NCBI GenBank assembly: GCA_964631685.1
Contig: CAZVZU010000002.1
Coordinates: 128,001-192,000 of the forward strand
Reading direction: 5' to 3'
DNA length: 64,000 nucleotides
Source: an uncultured Actinomycetes bacterium
GTDB taxonomy: Bacteria > SZUA-79 > Acidulodesulfobacterales > Acidulodesulfobacteraceae
The notes beneath the pieces are model-generated. The model was not told the DNA's origin, did no database searches, and saw only the letters and a program-made list of their open reading frames with translations. A program made the position numbers and the translations under genes. This document shows positions 59,902-64,000 of this stretch, piece by piece; within the stretch, counting starts at the first letter, position 1, and each line of letters opens with the position of its first letter.

Positions 59902-60456
59902 AGGGAAATGAGAATAAAAAGAGAGAATAGATCTGCCATGTTTTTTTTCCTTTGTCAGTTCATAGGAATGACATTCTTTTGGTAGGATCTCTCTTCTGTC
60001 ATGCTGGACTATAACGGTATTTTCATGTTCATAATGCAGAGATGTGAGAAGACAATTAATTGTCTTCTCACAAAGTCCTGAATTATAGGGAGGATCAATA
60101 AATATATACTCAGGATTATATTCTTTAAGAAGCCCAATTTCTAATGCTTTTATTGCATCTTCTCTTATGATCTTAATCTTTTTTTCAACACGGAATTTTT
60201 TTGAAAGCTCCGCTATGGCAAAAGTTAAACCTGGGAGTTTTTCAACAAAAATGCAAAAAGACGCCCCGCGCGAAAGTGCTTCAAATCCCACGTTGCCAGA
60301 ACCAGCGTATAAATCGCAAAAAACCCTGCCGTCTATATTCGCTCCTATTATATCGAATAGCGCACCCTTTAAGAGACCTGACGATGGCGAAACATTTTTA
60401 ACTTTGTACACATTGGGGATTTTTCTTCCTTTTAGTGATCCGCTTATAATACGCAT
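59896..60456 (-). CDS. rsmD: 16S rRNA (G966-N2)-methyltransferase
   Basis: MRIISG..KGR, DLYAGSG..G.EALSRGA, DPPY. Confidence 0.93.
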   Translation of the reverse strand: MRIISGSLKGRKIPNVYKVKNVSPSSGLLKGALFDIIGANIDGRVFCDLYAGSGNVGFEALSRGASFCIFVEKLPGLTFAIAELSKKFRVEKKIKIIREDAIKALEIGLLKEYNPEYIFIDPPYNSGLCEKTINCLLTSLHYEHENTVIVQHDRREILPKECHSYELTKEKKHGRSILSFYSHFPL

Positions 60457-60468
60457 TTACTCTGATAA

Positions 60469-61104
60469 TTAATTATCACCTAAATCTTTTAATTTTTGCT
60501 TATCTAATATAACTATACTTCTCTTATCTATCCTAATAACATTTTTAGACACAAAATCCTTTAACGTCCTCGAAACAACCTCCCTTGCTGTTCCCGCAAT
60601 GTCGGCAATCATCTTCTGGCTTATTTTCTTGCCCTCAAAAAGAAGGGTTATCTTGGCAATCCTTCCCTGCGTACGCCTTAACGAAAGATCTTCTATCCTG
60701 TTTGTTAAATATATAAGTTTATGTGTCATGCTGTTTATTATGTTTAATGACACCTCTGGATATTTATAGATTAAGTCAATCATATTTTTACGGGACAACA
60801 AGTATAATTTTACCGACGTGACGGCGTCCGCAGAAGCCGGATTCATATCGCTTGCAAATACCGTAACATCATTGAAAGAATCTCCCTCATAAATAAGCTT
60901 AAGTATCTGTTCTTTGCCGTCCTTAGACGACTTGTAGACCTTAATTGTTCCTTCTGCAACAAAATATATTCCCTTAGATTTATCTCCCTCTATAAAAATA
61001 TTTTCACCTATTGCATAATGTTCTTCCCTAAATAAAACTTTGACATCATTAAAAGCACTATCGCTTAAAGATCTAAAATAATCTAATGTTTTTATACCTT
61101 CCAT
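60469..61104 (-). CDS. Crp/Fnr-family transcriptional regulator
   Basis: cNMP-binding domain (G..KV......GKEQIL) and HTH SQ..IA...GT.REVVSR.L. Confidence 0.92.
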   Translation of the reverse strand: MEGIKTLDYFRSLSDSAFNDVKVLFREEHYAIGENIFIEGDKSKGIYFVAEGTIKVYKSSKDGKEQILKLIYEGDSFNDVTVFASDMNPASADAVTSVKLYLLSRKNMIDLIYKYPEVSLNIINSMTHKLIYLTNRIEDLSLRRTQGRIAKITLLFEGKKISQKMIADIAGTAREVVSRTLKDFVSKNVIRIDKRSIVILDKQKLKDLGDN

Positions 61105-61260
61105 AACTTGCTTTGTTTTTTAATAAAATTTAGGTTAAATACACCCATTGACTTACACCAACACTACTTTATTAAGCACATATTATATGCTATAATACAG
61201 TATGATATATGCAGTCGGCTATGTCAATAATTTTAAAAATAAATTTACGGAGGTTAGCAA

Positions 61261-61557
61261 ATGCCCATCAGAGAGTATAAATGCGAGGACTGCAATAATT
61301 ACATAGAGGTAATTCAGGGTATCAATGAAGAACCTTTGAAAACTTGCCCTAAATGTGGTGGAAAATTAGACAAACTTATATCGAACTCAAGTTTTATTTT
61401 GAAGGGTTCGGGCTGGTATAAAACCGATTATGCCAATTCAGATTCAAAGAAAGCAAAGGGTGAGCAGGAAGCAAAGCCGAAGGATGCATCACCCACCTCA
61501 ACTGCATGTTCTTGCAAACCTGAAATATCCGAACAGAAGCAAAAAAAGACACCTTGA
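61261..61557 (+). CDS. FmdB-family zinc-ribbon protein
   Basis: MPI.EYKC..C...CPKCGG, LKGSGWY.TDY; GGAGG RBS. Confidence 0.9.
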   Translation: MPIREYKCEDCNNYIEVIQGINEEPLKTCPKCGGKLDKLISNSSFILKGSGWYKTDYANSDSKKAKGEQEAKPKDASPTSTACSCKPEISEQKQKKTP

Positions 61558-62078
61558 CATATATATTCAATTTTAAGGCAAAAATTATTAACTTGGATAT
61601 AGAAGTATCGGAGAGCTATATTGAAGGAATAAGGATAAATAGCTGTGAACAAGATAGGCGAACAAGGCAAAATAGCGGGACTGTTGTCTTCTTGTGTGCT
61701 GGCGACTATGATCGGTTAGGGCATCTTTATTCTTTGGTAAACCTTATTGACGATTATTTCTCCGGTAAAATCGTCAATTTTAGCAAGATACCAGTTGATT
61801 TTGTTTCTTATTCTAATTTTACTAAAAAAATACTCATTGCCCTACGTGCCGTTAAATATGGAGAGACTTTATCGTATAAGTATCTTGCGTTAAAGGCGGG
61901 CTTTAGCGCAAGATACTCTAGAGCCTGCGCGAGTGCCCTATCAATAAATAGAACACCCATTATCTTGCCGTGCCACAGAATAATTTATTCAAACAATAAA
62001 TTGGGTGGTTATTCAGCCGCAGGCCTATCGCTTAAGAATAAGCTCATCTCTCTTGAACATACAGCGATTAGTTTATAG
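61554..62078 (+). CDS. ogt: methylated-DNA--protein-cysteine methyltransferase
   Basis: YGETLSY..LA, PCHRI active site, LGGYS. Confidence 0.88.
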   Translation: MTYIFNFKAKIINLDIEVSESYIEGIRINSCEQDRRTRQNSGTVVFLCAGDYDRLGHLYSLVNLIDDYFSGKIVNFSKIPVDFVSYSNFTKKILIALRAVKYGETLSYKYLALKAGFSARYSRACASALSINRTPIILPCHRIIYSNNKLGGYSAAGLSLKNKLISLEHTAISL

Positions 62079-62475
62079 CATAAAGCCCTTCCTCGGCCGT
62101 CCTTATTCTTTCGACCAGTCGCACGGGCATTACAAATATTTTTCCGTCACCGTAATGACCGGTTTTATTGACCTCCGTTATAATTTTTACAACATGATCG
62201 GTTTCACTTTTAACAACTACTAACGACATCATTCTTTTAGGTAAAAAACTGTAATCGTTATCGGCAATATCAGCTCTACTGTTAATTAGATTTAGCCCCG
62301 GGTCAAGTTCATTCGCTAACCCTCCAGCACCCTTTTGCCTTCCCCTACCGTGAACAGAGTAAAAGGTCATCTGATTAAATCCTTCTTTATCCAAAGCATT
62401 TTTTGTGTCCTGAATTTTATGTCTTCTTACTATTGCAATAATTTCAACAACACTTTCTTCTAATTTTGGCTCCAT
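62068..62475 (-). CDS. nifI2: P-II family nitrogen regulator NifI2
   Basis: V.GRGRQKG, extended T-loop, F.PKR, TG..GDGKIFV.P, RIRT; paired with NifI1; start 62475 or 62487. Confidence 0.8.
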   Translation of the reverse strand: MEPKLEESVVEIIAIVRRHKIQDTKNALDKEGFNQMTFYSVHGRGRQKGAGGLANELDPGLNLINSRADIADNDYSFLPKRMMSLVVVKSETDHVVKIITEVNKTGHYGDGKIFVMPVRLVERIRTAEEGLYAIN

Positions 62476-62519
62476 AAAAACCCTCATTAATAATGTGATT
62501 TATATAAAATAATACTTCA

Positions 62520-62837
62520 TTACAGACCTTCGGCTCCTGTTCTTACCGTATAAACATTTGAAACTGGTATCACGAATATCTTGCCGTCACCAATATGTCC
62601 GGTAACAGCCTTTTCTTGGATGATATCACATACTCTGCTTGCACTTTCTTTTTTCACAACAATCATAAGTTCCAATTTAGGCAATTCATCATAAACTACC
62701 TCGCCGACCTTAATCCCTTTCTGTTTTCCCCTTCCAAAAACATGCATTTTTGTAACCGAAACAAATCCGTTTTCTTCCAAAGCATCAAGGACATCTTTTT
62801 CTCTTTCGGGTCTAATAATCGCTCTTACCATTTCCAT
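62520..62837 (-). CDS. nifI1: P-II family nitrogen regulator NifI1
   Basis: 105 aa; AIIRPE, GRGKQKGI.VG.V.YDELPK, GDGKIFV. Confidence 0.85.
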   Translation of the reverse strand: MEMVRAIIRPEREKDVLDALEENGFVSVTKMHVFGRGKQKGIKVGEVVYDELPKLELMIVVKKESASRVCDIIQEKAVTGHIGDGKIFVIPVSNVYTVRTGAEGL

Positions 62838-62864
62838 GAACCGTCTCCTTTTTATTGTGTTATA

Positions 62865-63467
62865 TTATATAGAACTTGTTAAAATGATAGCCTTCGCAAT
62901 ATCGCTCAGCGAACGTCCGCTACTCATACTTAATCGTTGAAGCCTTTTGTGTGCCTCTTTTTCAGGGATATTTTCTTTATCCATCAATATATTTTTCGCC
63001 TTGTAAATCAACTTTCTATCCTCAATATACTGTCTTAGGCTTTCATTGTCTCTTTTGATATCCTGAAATCTCTTAAAATTTTCAATTGCGATTATTGTTT
63101 GAGCCAAAACCTCACTCTTTCTGGCCGGTTTCGTTATATAAGAAAATGCCCCTGAGTCTTTTAACGCTTCTGAATATTTACCATAATCCTTAGCGCCACC
63201 AGCCGTTAAAAAGATTATAGGAACGGGATTTGATGTCATAATCTTTTTGCAAGCACTAATCCCGTCTAGCAAAGGCATCTTTATATCCATAAAAATGATA
63301 TCCGGTTTTAATTCTTTAGCCGCCGCAACCCCGGATGCGCCGTTATCTGCTTCGCAGATATTGGTTGTGATTGAATTTAAAATAACCTTAAGCTCTTCTC
63401 TTCTGTCTTGCATATCATCGACAACCAAGACTTTTATGTCTAAATTTAAGCCTTTTTCATTTGTCAT
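62865..63467 (-). CDS. response regulator with ANTAR RNA-binding domain (NasT/AmiR-like)
   Basis: REC motifs VVDD, MDIKMP..DG, T, KP; ANTAR RKLI.KAK.ILM......EA...L...SM. Confidence 0.92.
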   Translation of the reverse strand: MTNEKGLNLDIKVLVVDDMQDRREELKVILNSITTNICEADNGASGVAAAKELKPDIIFMDIKMPLLDGISACKKIMTSNPVPIIFLTAGGAKDYGKYSEALKDSGAFSYITKPARKSEVLAQTIIAIENFKRFQDIKRDNESLRQYIEDRKLIYKAKNILMDKENIPEKEAHKRLQRLSMSSGRSLSDIAKAIILTSSI

Positions 63468-63531
63468 AAGTTCATAATCAGATTAAATGTTATTTTTATG
63501 AGATAAAAACAATTGCGTTATTAGATTTTGA

Positions 63532-63547
63532 TGCAAATTTAATGCCA
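63532..63547 (-). promoter_or_regulatory. sigma-54 (-24/-12) promoter
   Basis: minus strand TGGCATTAAATTTGCA (GG-N10-GC), 64 nt upstream of the ANTAR gene, in a nif context. Confidence 0.75.
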
Positions 63548-63562
63548 TTTGCATCAAAAAAC

Positions 63563-63946
63563 CTAAGCCATGCTTGCAACATCTGCATTTTCTTTGAAAA
63601 TAATCTTTTTCAGCCATGGAGGAGGATTATTGGATAATACTGTTTTTAGGTTTTGCATAGTCTTCTCTATCGTATCATCAGGTTTTGATTTAATTGGATG
63701 AATACCTGCTTTCACAACGCGCGCAGCTGCCATTCCACCAATGCTTTTTATGAAGATAATCTTTAAATCTTTTAAACCCGCAATCTTTTTGTTAATCTTG
63801 TCTAGTTCTTCAGTCTCTTCCTTAAAGCGCCTAGTTTCTAAAAATGTGAAACCGTCTGCATTTATCTCATACACTGCAAAATTTTTAGCCCATCCAAAGT
63901 GGTCATTGATTAAAATATTATCAGTCGTAGCAAAACCTACTTTCAT
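63563..63946 (-). CDS. nifX: nitrogenase FeMo-cofactor carrier NifX
   Basis: KV.FAT.D...IN.HFG.A..F..YE, IGG.AA..V...IHP.K, L...PPPWL.K; GGAGG RBS. Confidence 0.9.
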   Translation of the reverse strand: MKVGFATTDNILINDHFGWAKNFAVYEINADGFTFLETRRFKEETEELDKINKKIAGLKDLKIIFIKSIGGMAAARVVKAGIHPIKSKPDDTIEKTMQNLKTVLSNNPPPWLKKIIFKENADVASMA

Positions 63947-64000
63947 TTAAATCGCCTCCTTAATGTTGTTTAAATAACCGGTCTAATTAACTTTATTTAG

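Noticed and set aside
63468..63525. ANTAR-binding dual hairpin in the leader of the ANTAR gene
   Set aside because: Could not identify two tandem stems with the conserved hexaloop by eye.

Overview
AT-rich bacterial chromosomal window, mostly housekeeping genes of a Gram-negative (LPS/Lpt) diazotroph. The protein style suggests a deltaproteobacteria-like acidophile such as Ca. Acidulodesulfobacterales, but this is an unverified inference. Contents in order: rpmF-plsX-fabH; valS; dnaX-ybaB-recR; ffh-rpsP-rimM-trmD-rplS; a long minus-strand run (pycAB, amrB, gltX, rnhB, split glutamine-dependent NAD synthetase, rsmI); xfp/ackA; hisS, tpiA, ileS, coaBC and sugar-phosphate genes; gap-pgk-lspA-leuS-lptE; secG-tRNA-Leu(GAG); holA and rpsT; an orphan radical SAM/SPASM + PqqD pair; LPS genes with a frameshifted lpxK; a copper cassette between rsmD and coaD; and the distal end of a nif region (nifX, ANTAR regulator, nifI1/nifI2). 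The strongest candidate for an undescribed system is the copper cassette. It has a TM-CxxC-FHPP upstream ORF resembling copper-sensing ribosome-stalling leader peptides, a copZ that shares an exact 233-bp copy with the 5' end of copA, and a CopA with non-canonical membrane metal ligands. Other notable items are the precursor-less RRE/rSAM pair, the lpxK frameshift at an A10 run, a sigma-54 promoter embedded in an inverted repeat upstream of ANTAR-nifI1-nifI2, and a perfect 54-bp palindrome. No transposase, integrase, rRNA or CRISPR array was seen. All calls are by eye from motifs and synteny; no searches were run.
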